Shown: positions 51,111 through 64,000, numbered from the stretch's first letter. The stretch is DNA of 64,000 nucleotides from Mobula hypostoma (GCF_963921235.1 NC_086097.1:41046001-41110000), one strand, 5' to 3'. Numbers and translations are program-made. The notes: generated by a model not told the origin, from the letters alone.

Positions 51111-52774
51111 CCAACTTGCCGAGTAGCTTTCCCTATGTTTGGCAAGCTATTGGAGAGGGTACTGAGGTTTAGGTTTCATGTGCTTTTGCTTTGCTCTGTG
51201 AAGTGCCTCTTGCATAATTATTCAATGCTAATGGTTCTACCAACCACACTTTGCACACTCTTAACCTAATACCAGCTGGATTCAGTTTAATTTATATGAT
51301 TTACTCCAGTTTGAGGTTGGTGGGATCCAGGCCTAAGAGTATTGAAGTGACTGAACCCAATGTTTGGATTATGGTTTAGGCGCTGGGCTGAGTGCAAAGT
51401 TCAGGGTGTCGGGGCCTGAGGTGAGGGACAGGCTGGTTCAGCTCTCTGCTCCTTGAGGTTTATTTGGCTCTGTGCTGTGGATGGACTCGGGACTTCAGTT
51501 CAGAATATTATTTGCTTATGTTTATTATTTGCATGATTTGTTTTTTCTCTGCACCTTGGGTGTTCAATGACCCTCACTTTTTATGGATTCTTTTGAGTTT
51601 CTTTGTTTCATGGCTGTCTGTTAGGACAGACATCTCGAGGTTTTATAATGTTTACATACTTGGATAATAAATGTACTGTGCTTTGAAACATGTCCTCTGT
51701 GCAGCTTGCTTTCAGTTTCTGATGCTGTGTCAAGCCCCAGTTTCCTGATGAATAAGTTGTAACTGTTGATATCCACTCTGTTCATAAAACAGATCCCACC
51801 TCCACCTCCCAGTTTATATTCTTTTGCCTGAAGTGAAAGTGTGTAACATTTCTCACCAGTATAGCCATATTGCTAATATTGACAATTCATCACCTCTATA
51901 TTGATTTTGTTGACCATGTCCTTCCTTTATTTCAATCAATTTTTCCCTCTGCAGGTTCAGTGACAGCTTTCCCCACCCTTACCGGGCAGTGAATGCCAGA
52001 TCCCCACCCCTATAAGGAACAATGGAACACAGGTCATATTTACCCTTTTCATCATATAATTAAGCAGAAATATTGACCAGAATAAATATACTTTTCCTTC
52101 CCTTTAATGTAGTGAATCTTTTGTATTAATCCGAGAAAGCAGAGAGTCCCTCAGATTAAAGTAACAATTAAGAAATACTGAATAAGACTGTATTTGTAAA
52201 ACTATGGGTTATGAGTTGGGGAGTGAGATGAACCTGAAGTCCATTTTTGGCAAGCATGGACAAGCTTTTATAACCTTTACCAAAATATTAAATGTTCAAT
52301 ATGTAGCACTCCCTCAGTCTCTGAACAGATAACAATGATTATCTATGGTCTGCTTCCATTTCCAAAATTCCGATTCCCAGGACCCAGCTTTCCTAGTTGA
52401 AAACAATTAATTCTTTCAGCCACAGTGTAGTGGCACCCATATAAACACACTCTGAGCAAAGAGAACTCCATTTCATCTTTGCTTCGTTCAATTTCTTAGA
52501 TTCAATGTTTACTTGTTTATAATGATGTCGGTCTCTTCGTATCAGTGTCCACTGCTAGTGTGCTGGAAAGTATCAAGAATATGAGGGAACATTGAATTTA
52601 GGGAAGGATGTGTATTGTATTATTAATCAGATACTGTATCATTGACTCATTCGGAAAGCAGAAGGCCACTTCTCCAGTCATGCCTGTGCTGAAAAATGTT
52701 CAAAAACAAAATTACAATATTATGCTAATAGAAAGCAGAAAATGTTGGAAACACTCTACTGGTCAGGCAGCATC

Positions 52775-54545
52775 TCAAAGTCAAAATAAATTTATTGTCC
52801 AAGTACAAATATGTCACCATATGCAACCCTGAAATTCATTTTCTTGTGGCCTTTCATAGTAAATGCAAAGAGAAAAATAAAACATTAATAAATAAGTAAA
52901 CAAGAGAAATAAATATATAGTAGTCGGCCCTCCATTAACTGTGGTTGACCATGGATGTTGTGTCCTGTCTGTCTACGCAAGCCAGGGCAGTGCAATATGG
53001 AGAGCAGGCTGTTGCCGAGGCAGCAGGTTCCCCCGCTCCATGCAGCCGATGAATCCAAAGGAACAGTAGAGGCTGACACAGTTTGATACCAGCAGCTTCG
53101 CAGGAGCTGCTGTTCAGCACTGAACTCAACATAGGACTGCCTTAGGGACTCCAGTTCGGGATTCTTCCTCAGGTTTTTGCTCCTGAAGCCTTCTCCATGA
53201 GTGGGAATAACTGTAAGGCAGTGGAAGCTTGAGGTCAGTTTTCCTTCTCCCAGATGAGCCGCTACCATGGTTAACAAGCCCCAACTGCCTGAAATAAATA
53301 AATAAATAAGCAATAAATATTAAGAACCTGAGATGAAGAGACCTTGAAAGTGAGTCTACAGCAGGATTACCCAAACTTTTTTATGCCATGGACCAATACC
53401 CCATTAAGCAAGGGGTAAGTGGACCCAAAGTTGTAAACCCCAGGTTGTGGGAACAGTTCAGTGTTGGAGTGAGTGAAGTTATCCTCTCTGGTTCAAGAGC
53501 CTAACGGATGAGAGGTAATAATTATTCCTGAACCTGATGTGGGTCCTGAGTCTCCTGTACCTCCTTTGTGTTGGCAGCAGCAAGAAGAGGACATGACTTG
53601 GATGGTGGGGGACCTTGATGATGGGTGCTGCTTTCCTGCGACAGCACTCCCTGTACAATGGTCAGAAGAGCTTCACCCATGATGGATTGAGCTGTACCCA
53701 TTTCTTTCTGTGGGCCTTTCCATTCAAGGGTTCCATTCCAGACCGTGATGCAACTAGTCAATTAACTCTCCCTCTCCACAGCACATCTGCAGAAGTTTGT
53801 CAGAGTTTTAGATAACATACCGAATCTTTGCAAACTTCTAAGAAAGTATATATATATATATACACATAATATACACAAGAGATACTGCAGATGCGGGGAA
53901 TCTGGAGCAACACATACAAACTGCTGGAGGAACTCAGCAGGTTAGGGAGTATCTATAAAAATGAATAAACAGTCAACATTTCGGGCCAAGACCCTTCATC
54001 AGGTTTGAAAGTACATAATTCAAAGTTCATATATGTTACCATATAGTATTTTGAGATTCATTTTCTTGCAGGCATTCACAGTAGAACAAAAAATCCATAG
54101 ATTAATTAAGAATTGTACATAAATCAAAAACTGACAAATAACCAATGTGCAAAAGATGACAAATAGTGTAAATATTTAGAAATTAAATACCTAATACTGA
54201 GAACATGAATTGTCGAGATGTTGGAAGTGAGACTATGGATTGTGGAGTCAGTTCAGCATTGAGGTGAGTGAAATTATCCATGCTGGTTCAGTTTGTAGGG
54301 TAAGAACTGTTTCTGAACCTGGTGGTGTGGGTCCTAAGGCTCACGTACCTCCTGCTCAACGGTGGGAGTAAGGAGAGAGCACTGCCTGGATAATGTCGGT
54401 CCTGGATGATGGATTCTGCCTCCTTGTAAATGTGCTCAGTAACGGGGAGGGCTTTGCTGTGATGAAAAGCCCAACGTAAGATTGGCTTTGCTGCGATGGT
54501 TGGGCTGTATCCACCATATTTTGTAGACATTTTCATTCCTGAGCA
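52775..54545 (-). mobile_element. Cluster of Rex1/Babar 3' fragments with a nested SINE and a Penelope repeat (about 53880-54003)
   Basis: TSCITVWNG, SIIQDRHYPG.AL.LLPPLSRRY.SLRTHTTRFRNS; tails of the caaagttcaaagtaaatttat type. Confidence 0.7.
52921..53292. mobile_element. Uninterrupted copy of the short repeat split at 8415-9620
   Basis: Direct similarity to 8415-8553 and 9409-9620; inserted in an AAAT-rich tract. Confidence 0.75.
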
Positions 54546-55329
54546 TTGGTGTTTGCATCTGTTGAAAGAGAAACATTGTTAATATTTGAGATGAAACTCT
54601 CTTTTCACATTTGCTGCCTGCCCTGCTGAGAGTTTCCAACATTTTGTTTTTATTTCCCATTTCCAGCATCTTCAATCTTTTTTTAACATATTTCAGAGGA
54701 ATAACTCGTATTTCATTGCCTTAAAAGGAGTTTGGTGAAATTTCTGTTGTTTGTTTTTACTGTTTTAATGTTGCAATTTCAAATGTGGTTCACACTGCAC
54801 TGCTCTTAAAATGAATAGTCTGTGTGATTATTCTGTCAGTAAATATAACCTGTTTATTATGGTGGCCATTCTGCAGTTTGTGCTCATGCTAAGGTTCTTC
54901 GTCAAAAGAGGTCGACGTGATTGCCTCAGTTGGCATTCTTCCTGGATGAGGCTAGACAGCAAGGATCAACATTGAGTTCTTGTTCCATGTCTTACTTGAT
55001 TATGTTAAAATCTTCACTACAGATATTCCTGCTCATTGGCAGTTGAATCCCAGAGAATTAGACATTAAATTGATGCTGCATTTAATAAATTAAATGCTGA
55101 TAGTTCCTAAGATACTAAGAATGCACATCCAACTGATGTCTCGTGGTGACCTGGTGACTTATGTTGGACATTAACGCATGTGGTTCTTTGAAGAGGTGAT
55201 ATATGTTATGGACTAAGCATGATCTAGTATATGGTCTAAGATTTACAGGATTAATAAAATGCTGCAGCACAGATTATCAAATAAACCAAAAGCTCATTGT
55301 GTAGGAGAAAACATACTGGCCTGGATGAT

Positions 55330-56190
55330 AGTAAGCAGAGAAATGGCATAAATGAAAATTTGCTGAGGACATAAAGACAGGAAGGAAAGTTAGCTGTGAA
55401 CAGAACATAAGCAGTACATTAAAGAACATACATAGGTGGGTTAACTGAGTAGGCAAAGTGGAGTAAAATGTAGAAAAATAAAATTGTTCATCTTGGCAGT
55501 ACAGATGAAAAAGGAGCACATTATCTAAATGGTGAGAAACTGTGAAGGTGTGCATTGCAGAGGCACCTGGGTGTCCCAGTGCATGATTCACAAAAGGCTA
55601 GTATAGAGGAGCTGTAAATGATTAGAAAAAATAACAATTTCATAGTTTATTGCTGGGGGAATAAAACAGAAAAGAAGGGATGTTCTGCTTCAGTTATATG
55701 AGGTACTAAGACCACATCTAGAGTTCTCTCTTAACTGTTGGTCTCCTTATTTAAGCAGGGAATTGATGCAGAGAAGGTTTATTAAACTGATACATGAAAT
55801 GAGCAAGTTGTCTTATGAGGCAAGGTTTGATAGACTATGCTTATATCCCTTAGAGTGTGTAAGAATGGCAGGGAATTTGATCAGAGCTTTAAATTTTCTG
55901 AGGGAAGTCAGTGGAAAGGATGTTTCCTATTTTGAGATGAACCAGAATCAAGGTTTGCTGTATGAAAATAAGGAATGGCCCATTTATGATAGGGATGAGG
56001 CAAAATGTTCTCTCTCAAAAAATCATAAAGAGATGATAGTACCAGGAGTAATAAGCAAACGGGCGTAAGATTTTTCTTTACAGACAGGAATGCAGAGTTA
56101 AGGTTGCAGTCAGATAAGTCATGTTCTTACTACATGGTGGAGCTTTCTATGGGTCTAAGTGGCCTAATTGTTTCCTTAATACACATGTTT
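55330..56190 (+). mobile_element. Old CR1 3' fragment
   Basis: KFAED, LLQLYEVLRPHLE, MQRRFIKLI remnants. Confidence 0.7.
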
Positions 56191-56312
56191 GTAGGTCATG
56201 CACACACATTAAAAAAAATTAAGGTGTACTCATCAGAGGGATAAATTCAATTTGCTTATTCTTTGTTTTATATGTAAAAAAAATTGAACATCAACTCTGT
56301 TCTTTATCCTAG

Positions 56313-56642
56313 CTCTGAAAAAGGGCCGTTTCTGGATTACCCCAGATCCTTACCACGATGATGATAACATTCAGATTGGCCGTGAGGTTAAAATTTCCTG
56401 TCAGGTGGAGGCCATTCCCCCAGATGAGTTGACATTCTCGTGGTTTAAGAATGGACGTCCACTTCGGAGCTCGGAAAGGATGGTCATTTCCACAACAGAT
56501 CCTGATGTCTCACCGGGCACAACCAGTCTGGACATTATTGACTTGAGGTTCACCGACTTTGGGACATACACTTGTGTAGCTTCGCTAAATAGCAAGGTTG
56601 TGCCTGACATCAGCATTGATGTCAATATATCTAGCAGTACAG
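56313..56642 (+). CDS. MDGA2: MDGA2 internal coding exon, Ig-like domain (probably Ig4)
   Basis: Acceptor ttctttatcctag| and donor |gtgagt; 330 nt, phase 1/1. Translates (A)LKKGRFWITPDPYHDDDNIQIGREVKISCQVEAIPPDELTFSWFKNGRPLRSSERMVISTTDPDVSPGTTSLDIIDLRFTDFGTYTCVASLNSKVVPDISIDVNISSST(V), with Ig C..W..DxGxYxC motifs. Closely matches recalled vertebrate MDGA2 and is much less like MDGA1. Confidence 0.95.
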
Positions 56643-56689
56643 GTGAGTACTGGAGGAAATTTTGAAAATAAGCATGTTTATCCTGGAAT

Positions 56690-56990
56690 TCATTGTTGCA
56701 TTTGCACAAGATGTTGGTGAGATGGCATTTGAAATATTGTGTTCAGTTCTGGTCACTCTACTATAGGAAAGATGCCATTAACCTTGAAAGAGTACAGAGG
56801 AAATCTACAAGGATGTTGCAATGAATTGAGTTATGAAGAGAGGTTGAGCAGTTTGGGACTTAATTCCTTGGAGCTTACAAGATTAAGGGGTGATCTTATA
56901 AAGGTGTATAAATCATGAAGGGCATAGATAGGGTTCATTTATTTTTTCCAGGATTGGAGGGTGTAGGTTTAAGGTGAGAGTGGAGAGGTG
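56690..56990 (+). mobile_element. CR1 3' fragment close to the exon donor
   Basis: LHKMLVRWHLKYCVQFWS..LERVQRK.TRML remnant. Confidence 0.75.
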
Positions 56991-56999
56991 GAGATATTT

Positions 57000-58505
57000 C
57001 AACCAGCCCAGCTTGAAGAAGTCTCTGACCAACTACCACCAGCATATCACCTGTGGAACCAGAGGAGCAAACACACTTGATGACTGTTACCATCAAGAGC
57101 ACTTACTGAGGCATCGAACGCCTGCACTTTGAAATGTCCAGTCACCTGGCTGTACATCTACTTCCAGCATACAGGAGGAGACTAAAGACCACTGCACTAG
57201 TGGTGAGGGTGAAGAAGATATGGCCAAGGGAGGCAGAGAAGTTCTTACAGGAATACTTAGAGTTGGCAGACTGGACAATATTCAGGGTTTCATCTTCAGA
57301 TATGAATGAATGTACCACAGTTGTCACTGACTTCATCAAGACCCGTGTGCATGAGTGTGTGTCTTCAAGGACATAGCGACATACCCAAACAAAAGTTATG
57401 GATGAACCAGGAGAGTCATAGTCTGCTGAGGGCTGTACCTGTGACATTCAAGACCAGTGATCCCGAACTATACAAGAATTCCAAGTGCATCCTGTGGTAA
57501 ACTATTTTAGGAGTGAAAAACAATTCCGATTGAAACTAGAGATGGAATTGGATGCATGTCATCTATAGCAGGGTTTGCAGACCATTGGTTCCTATAAAGC
57601 AAAATCTAATGTGATGAATGGCCGTGATGCTTCACTCCCAGATAAGCCCAGTGACTTTTACGCACACTTTGAAATGGAGAATAAAGGTACACCTGTGTGA
57701 ATCTTTACAACATTTGGTGACGCTGTGATCTCTGTCTCGGAGGCAAGTATCAGAACATCTTTCAACAGGATGAACTCTCACAAGGCGCCTGGTCCTGATG
57801 GTGTACCTGGTAGGGCACTGATATTCTGTGCCAGCCAACGTGTGGGAGTTATCAAGGATATCATTAATCTCTGAGTGCTACAGTTAGAGGTTCTCAACTG
57901 CTTTAAAAAGGCAACAATCATAACAGTGTCCGAGAAGAGCAGGGTGACCTGCCTCAATGACTATCAGCCAGTTGCACTCACATCTACAATGATGAAGTGT
58001 TTTGTGAGTTTAGTTATGACTAGGTAAAACTCCTGCCTCATCAAGGACTTGAACCCACTGCAATCTGCCGATTGCCATATTAGGCTTATATGCTGGCTGG
58101 TGGCATAGTGGCATCCACGCTGGATTTCGAGGCGCGTAATCCTGGGTTCGAATCCGGCCGTTCTCTATCTATGCTGAGTTGAGTTTTGAGCTAGCAACTC
58201 TGTCCGATTTTTAAAAAACTAACAAAATGCTAAGGAAACAGCAAGGTTGCTGTCTGATGCACCACAAGGCGTGGTTAGCAACAACAACAATAGGTCTACA
58301 GTGGATGCAATCTCGCTGGCTCTCCACTCGGCCTTGGATCACCTGGACAATAGCAATATCTGCATCAGACTGCTGTTTATTGATTGCAGCTCAGCATTCC
58401 ACAGCATTATACCCTCAGCACTAATCAACAAGCTCCAAAACCTGGGCCTCTGTATCTCCCTCTGCAACTGGATCCTTGACCTTCTCACTGGGAGATCACA
58501 GCTTT
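57000..58505 (+). mobile_element. Rex1/Babar LINE internal fragment (end of APE to RT)
   Basis: [75 protein letters not shown]. Confidence 0.85.
58090..58288 (+). mobile_element. Short tRNA-derived SINE with (CAA)n tail, nested in the Rex LINE
   Basis: A box TGGCATAGTGG (58101-58111), B box GGTTCGAATCC (58145-58155), caacaacaacaa tail; interrupts the RT sequence. Confidence 0.8.
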
Positions 58506-59899
58506 GAAATCAAGGCAGCTCATCTAGTTTAACTTTGGTAATTAATAATGGTTTAAAGAGAGCAAGTATTTTTTCATTACCCTAGGTGACATTTATACAG
58601 CAAATATCCGCACTGAAATCTGTCTCCGCATTTGATCCCAGTCACTGTGAAGGTGGTCTCATTTCCATTTGTTATTAGTCTGTAAATTCTTTTGTACCAG
58701 TACATTTAATGTTACTGTATTGCTGAAAATTTCCAATATATATAAATAGCAAGGGTCCCTCATTGATCAGATTTTCCTATTGACAATTTAGTCAAAATCA
58801 ATCAAAGCTTTATGCTATTTTTCTCAAGTGAATTTCTCCCCCAACTCCAGCCTACATTGTAGCTCCTGCTCTCCCATTTTTCATACTGTTCATTAAGTAA
58901 AGACAGCATTCCAGTCAATGCTGATGTTTCTACTACCTCTTGAATCATAATGTGCACTGGATATTGAATAAACTGCCCATGTAACTCACTTCTTGACCTT
59001 CGGTGCGTTAAAGTTTACTCTAATTTGGCAGTGAAGAAAAGGAGATTTAGTATTTGTAAAAGACAAGTCTCTAATATTAAGCAAAAGAAGATTCTGAAAT
59101 GCGTACAAGGCTTCATTAATTCAATGCTGTTTACTCGTTTGACTAAAACTGACTGAGTAATAATATTTGACGGCAGAGTTCCATTATTCTAAAGGCTTTA
59201 GTCAACCATGTCTAAATAGCATTCGTTCATATTAGTCAAAGCAGAACTGCACTCTTTCTCTGTATCTGGCAGAGAGTGACAAAACGGTTCCCTAGACAGC
59301 TTAAATGTCAAATGCATTCAAACACAGCGGTGTGCAAGTAATCAACTTTATAATTAAATAGCTCACTGCTCTTCAAACTTTATTGAAAACTCTGAGTGAA
59401 AGCACATTATTTGTAGGTAAAGGCCTGAATCTCGATAAAGACAGTCACTGATTTCCAGCAGTCACAGCTTTTTAAAAACATTTTTGGCCTCACAATAAAT
59501 ACGGTATTCAAACAAAATTTGATCTTCGTATTAACCTTTAAGAAACGTTTTATCTGTGAAAAAAGATCAAGTATTTCCTGTGAATTCTCTTCTATTTATA
59601 CTAACAAAAATACCTTTTGAAAAACTGATGGCAAATTAAATATTAAAAACAATTCATTCTATCATGCAGACATTTCTAATCTGAAAGAGTTCTACATTAC
59701 ATCAAATTGGATAAGGCTGGGAAGCTATGTAAATAAGTTGAAATAATACAACAAGGAACTTCCTAGTTTTTTTAAGAAAATATTTAACAATTTTAAAAAA
59801 AATTTTGGACCTATTCTTCTTGCCCTCCAACTTGATATAATATAAATTTTTACATTTGGTTTGAGGGAAAAATGAATGAGTCCATTGTTTCAAACCTAA

Positions 59900-61180
59900 G
59901 TAAGGGCTTGAAAGTAGTGCCGACTATGGTGAACTGGCAAACTAGGTGAAGGATCAGTTGGGCTGGATGGAGTGGGTGGCGATTGTCAAGAGCTGTGATG
60001 TCAAGAGTTCAGGGCTTGTATGTATTTGTTAGGGTGAAGGGCAAATCTGATAAATTTACTTTGAACTTTGAACTTTTTAAGTTTTGGAAACCCTGGTTGA
60101 TGAGAGATATTGAGGATCTGGTTAAGAGAAAGAGGAAGGCATACACTGTGTGTACACAATTGGAAATTATGAATCTCTTGATAATTACAACAAACGGAGG
60201 AGTGCTCTTAAGTGAAGAGCTCAAAGTTCAAAGTAAACTTATCATTAAAGTACATGTTTGTCACGATACACAACCCTGAGATTCATTTTCTTATGGGCAT
60301 ACTTAATAAATCCATAATAGAATAATAACCATAATAGAATTAATGAAAGACCGCACCAACTTTGGTGTTCAGTCAGTGTGCAAAAGACAACAAACTGTGC
60401 AAATACAAAAGGTAAGAAATAATAATAATAAATAAGTAAATAACCAATAAATATTGAGAACATGAGATGAAGTTAGAAGAGCAAAAGGAGGATATAAGAA
60501 GGATCAGGCAGGCAAGGTGTGGCAAAAGAAATGGCTGAGATTTTTAATGAATATTTCTCTTCAGTTTTTACTGTGGAGGAAAATGTTGAAAGCTAAAGTA
60601 ATGGGGGTAATAGGACGTGCTGCCTTAACAGGAAGGAGGAGTTGGAGGCCTTAAAGTGCACTAATGGGATAAATCTCTACAGTCTGACCTAGTGCATTCT
60701 TGAACTTTGTGGGAAGCTAGAGAAAAAAATTGCTGAAGCCCTTGCAGAGATTTTTGCTTCATCTTTGGCACTAGACAAAGTTCCAGAAGACTGGAGACTG
60801 GTTGTGTGTGGGAAGTTGTGTCAGACAGATCTCTTACATAAGAACATAAGAAGTAGGAGTCGGCCATTCAGCCCATCGAGCCTGCTCCACTTTTCAATAA
60901 GATCATGCCTAATCTGACTATGTACTCATCTCCACTTACCTGCCTTTTCCCCATAACCCTTAATTCCTCGACTATGCAAAATTCTGTCCAACCTTGTAAC
61001 CAAGAGGATAGATGGGATAGGGTAGTGGATGTTGTCTACTGCATCTGGACTTTAACAAGGCATTTGACAAGGTCTCTCAAGGCAGGATAGTCTGAAAGGT
61101 TAGATTCCACGGTATCCAAGGGAAGATAGTGTGTTGGATTCATAATTGGCTCAGTGGTAGGAAGCAGGACTGATGTTACA
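59900..61180 (+). mobile_element. Decayed CR1 fragments with a nested minus-strand LINE-tail piece (about 60225-60470)
   Basis: RVKGKSDK..KPWLMRDIEDLVKRKRKAY and VDVVY..DFNKAFDKV remnants; the nested piece is the reverse complement of the 7550-7770 tail. Confidence 0.7.
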
Positions 61181-61354
61181 GTCAGATCGCATGCCTTGTC
61201 CTGCTCCTAACTCATATGTCCTCATCTAAAACGATGTGAAATTTGTGCTTTTCCAAATAATACACCTATTTCCAGTATATATACTGTTCACACTGCTGCA
61301 CAGGGATGTCAAGTCGTTCAATGAAACTATGTTATCCTTCTTTCTGTTTACAAG

Positions 61355-61660
61355 TTCCGCCAACGCTGTCTGTCCCAAAAGAGAAGTCTCTGATGGTTGC
61401 TCGTGAAGCTGACACAGTGGAGCTACAGTGCTTGGTTTCTGGGAAGCCAAAGCCCATAATCCTCTGGTCTCGCTATGATAAAGAGAAAGAGAAGGAACTT
61501 CCAATGCCTGACGGCTCCATGCAGATGGAAAGTTATGATGGATTATTGCGCATTGTGAATGTGTCCAGGGACATGAATGGAATATATAAATGCCAAACGA
61601 GCCAGTACAATGGATTTAACGTGAAACCACGTGAAGCAGCTGTGCAGCTCATTGTGCAAT
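61355..61660 (+). CDS. MDGA2: MDGA2 internal coding exon, next Ig-like domain (probably Ig5)
   Basis: Acceptor tttctgtttacaag| and donor |gtaagt; 306 nt, phase 1/1, in frame with the previous exon (G|TT=Val). Translates [113 protein letters not shown] is characteristic of MDGA2. Confidence 0.95.
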
Positions 61661-63855
61661 GTAAGTGATTCAGATTTCTCTTTGAGGAATAGCCTTATGA
61701 ACTTTTATAATTATTGATTCTTTCCCATAATTGTGTCAGAGAATTTTACAATCAAAATACTGCCCTTATGTTATTCCATCCTTTAAAAGTACGATTGGCT
61801 CCTGGTAAGCATACAGCCAATCAGATTAACATCTATTTTGGACCTTTGGTTCACAATAGAATACATCGTGATTCCTTTCAGCTAAATAAATGTTTTAAGC
61901 ACTACATACAAATGTTTCAAGAAATATTTCATGCTTTAACATTGATATTGTATCTTTGCATTCCAAATATTGAAAATGCTTGGTGAACATAACATATCAT
62001 GCATTGGTCATTTTAAAAAAAATCTGAAATGTGATTTTTAAAATTGTATTTCTTAAGTAAATAGACTGATGAAGAAATGTGTCGAATTGTGCTAAATTGT
62101 CTTTTGGTCGGGGATACTTTGCAGTGGAATAGTGTAAAGAAAAGTTGCTTAGAATTACAGCTACGAACAATAGAACAAATATATTTTTATTGATGTGGAA
62201 ATGTTGACTAAGAAGAACAAGGTCTGAGTAAATTCAGAGGTTGCTGCAGTACTTCATGTTCAGCAACTAATGACCTTGCATGTTGACTACATGACTCCAA
62301 AACGAGATTGTTGAAAGATGTGTTGTGGGTGAAGCACTGCTTCAGTTCTCCCCCCGAGCATGAAGGAAATTTTGGTAGATGGTCCTGCTAATTCTGAAGT
62401 GATTTGCTGGAGAAGAACCAATGTGGGACTTCAAGTTTGTCTAGTGCCAGAAATGAATCTACATCTCGTTGTGAATTCAGCAAGAAAATCAGATTGTTGC
62501 AATGTGTGGCCTTGGGTAGGTGTGGTTGATGGTCAATACAAGACACAGTATGTTAACAGAAAGCTCAATTTTTGTAAAAGTAAAATCATTAAGTGCCTCT
62601 TGTAAAGTTATTATGCTTTTTATGAAGTGCACTCTTCAAAGAGTTTATGGCAGCCTTTCTCATATTAATTGGTAAATTAGAGGGGATAAAATTCTAGGGG
62701 AGGATCATGTTACAGGAGTTTGTACACAAGGAAGGTCACATATAGATCAAAAATGACATGAACAACCTTTAATGCCATACTTATTCAGCAGATCTTCCCA
62801 GAGAATTCTTAAATTCACGTATGATACATCACTGCAGCAATGTTATCAATTAGGATGAGGGATGCACTTGTGTAAATAAGTACTGCTGGCTCTTTTAGAT
62901 GTGTGAGGTGTTGCTGCATTTTCATGGCACAAACTCATTGCCAAACAGATTGTGAAGGGATACCTTGTCAAAAAAAATCAAGAAAACTTTTCTATGTTTG
63001 AAATTACCTGAGTCTTCATTCCTCTCGCATGGTTCAGCGGTATCATTTGACACAACATATTTCTGTACAGCTGCTCCAGTGTACTGATGTTGTTACAGAT
63101 AGACTGTGGCGCTCAAGAAATATATGGAGTGTCTGGACATTTTTGTGATCTGCCTCCAGCACTTTGGCTGCATCACTGTAATTGTCAAACAGGGAAATGT
63201 TCTTCCTCAGTAACATTTCACAAATCTTTCTGCTTGTGTATAGGTCTAACACACAACAGCACAAGTATTAATTAACCATCAACAGAGAAAAAAATTATAA
63301 ACATTTTAGAGAAATTTCATAACATTGATAATAGCATTTGGTTGCATCTTTTAATGTCAGCAGTATCTCAGTTAATAAAACTCCAGCCTTTTGAGGTGAC
63401 AGTTTTAACCCACTGCAATGACTTATCTATATAAAAACGTTAATTTGTCTTAGATGTTTGCACTTAACAAACATTTTGATCATTAATTGAGGGATGGGGG
63501 AAAAAGAGGATGAGAGGGAGGGTTGGTGAAGAGATGGTGTGAGACAACAATAGCACCATACTGTAGAATGCCAGATTTAAAATTATTGATTGAGAATATA
63601 ATTGAAACATTATCAACCTGCTGCTTCTTACAGGAGACAGCTTCACACTTTGCAATCCTTGCATGAAGCAGTGTTTCCTAATTTCTGCTGCCCAATTTGA
63701 GTGCTGCAGGTTTTTCGTAATTCTATACAATAAGAAATGTCCCATCAGTGAGGAATCAATATCATTCTGTAGGTCCATTGTGATATTCTGTGTCACTGGA
63801 GTAGGAACATGATATCTAAAGTGAGGAGTCCTCTGGCTTCCAAAGCACAGATCCA

Positions 63856-64000
63856 TGGTTAATGTTCTATTTGGGCTTTTATTCGTAAAGAGGGCCTTTT
63901 CTAGTTGGCTGCCGGTGACTAGTGGTGTTCCTCAGGGATCAGTATTGGGGCCGCTACCTTTCACATTGCTTGTCAATGATTTAGATAATGGAATTGATGG
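63856..64000 (+). mobile_element. CR1 RT fragment (runs off the window end)
   Basis: [34 protein letters not shown]. Confidence 0.85.

Noticed and set aside
52885..53374. 142-aa and neighbouring minus-strand ORFs
   Set aside because: Inside a repeat whose second copy (8415-9620) does not preserve the frame.
56313..61660. MDGA1 as the gene identity
   Set aside because: Residues such as KKGRFWITPDPY, GREVKISCQVEA and MQMESYDG match recalled MDGA2 rather than MDGA1.
61306..61668. 120-aa ORF as a stand-alone gene (also 56405-56665)
   Set aside because: The ORF ends run into intron sequence; the true limits are the splice sites.

Overview
Vertebrate genomic DNA, probably from a cartilaginous fish (ray or shark), judged from the repeat repertoire; this is an inference. 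The window lies inside the MDGA2 gene on the + strand. Two complete phase-1/phase-1 Ig-domain exons (56313-56642 and 61355-61660) are separated by a 4.7-kb intron and preceded by at least 56 kb in which I could not recognise another MDGA2 exon. The rest is a heavily nested transposon landscape. It includes decayed CR1 (with esterase ORF1), Rex1/Babar and RTE LINEs, one young L1 with a nearly intact ORF2, and one inverted L1 fragment. It also has three solo-LTR-like inserts with TG..CA ends and TSDs, an internally deleted hAT transposon with a perfect 8-bp TSD, Tc1-derived non-autonomous copies, and tRNA-derived and other SINEs. Penelope-like (GIY-YIG) remnants carry hammerhead-ribozyme-like cores in their terminal repeats. 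No prokaryotic system, CRISPR array or genuine tRNA/rRNA gene is present, and I found no clearly novel protein-coding system. The best leads are RNA- and TE-level: Penelope hammerhead motifs with an apparent antisense bias, an 0.8-kb mosaic mini-LINE, and candidate conserved non-coding blocks. Boundaries of decayed repeats are approximate unless a TSD is cited, and family names come from recalled motifs rather than database searches.
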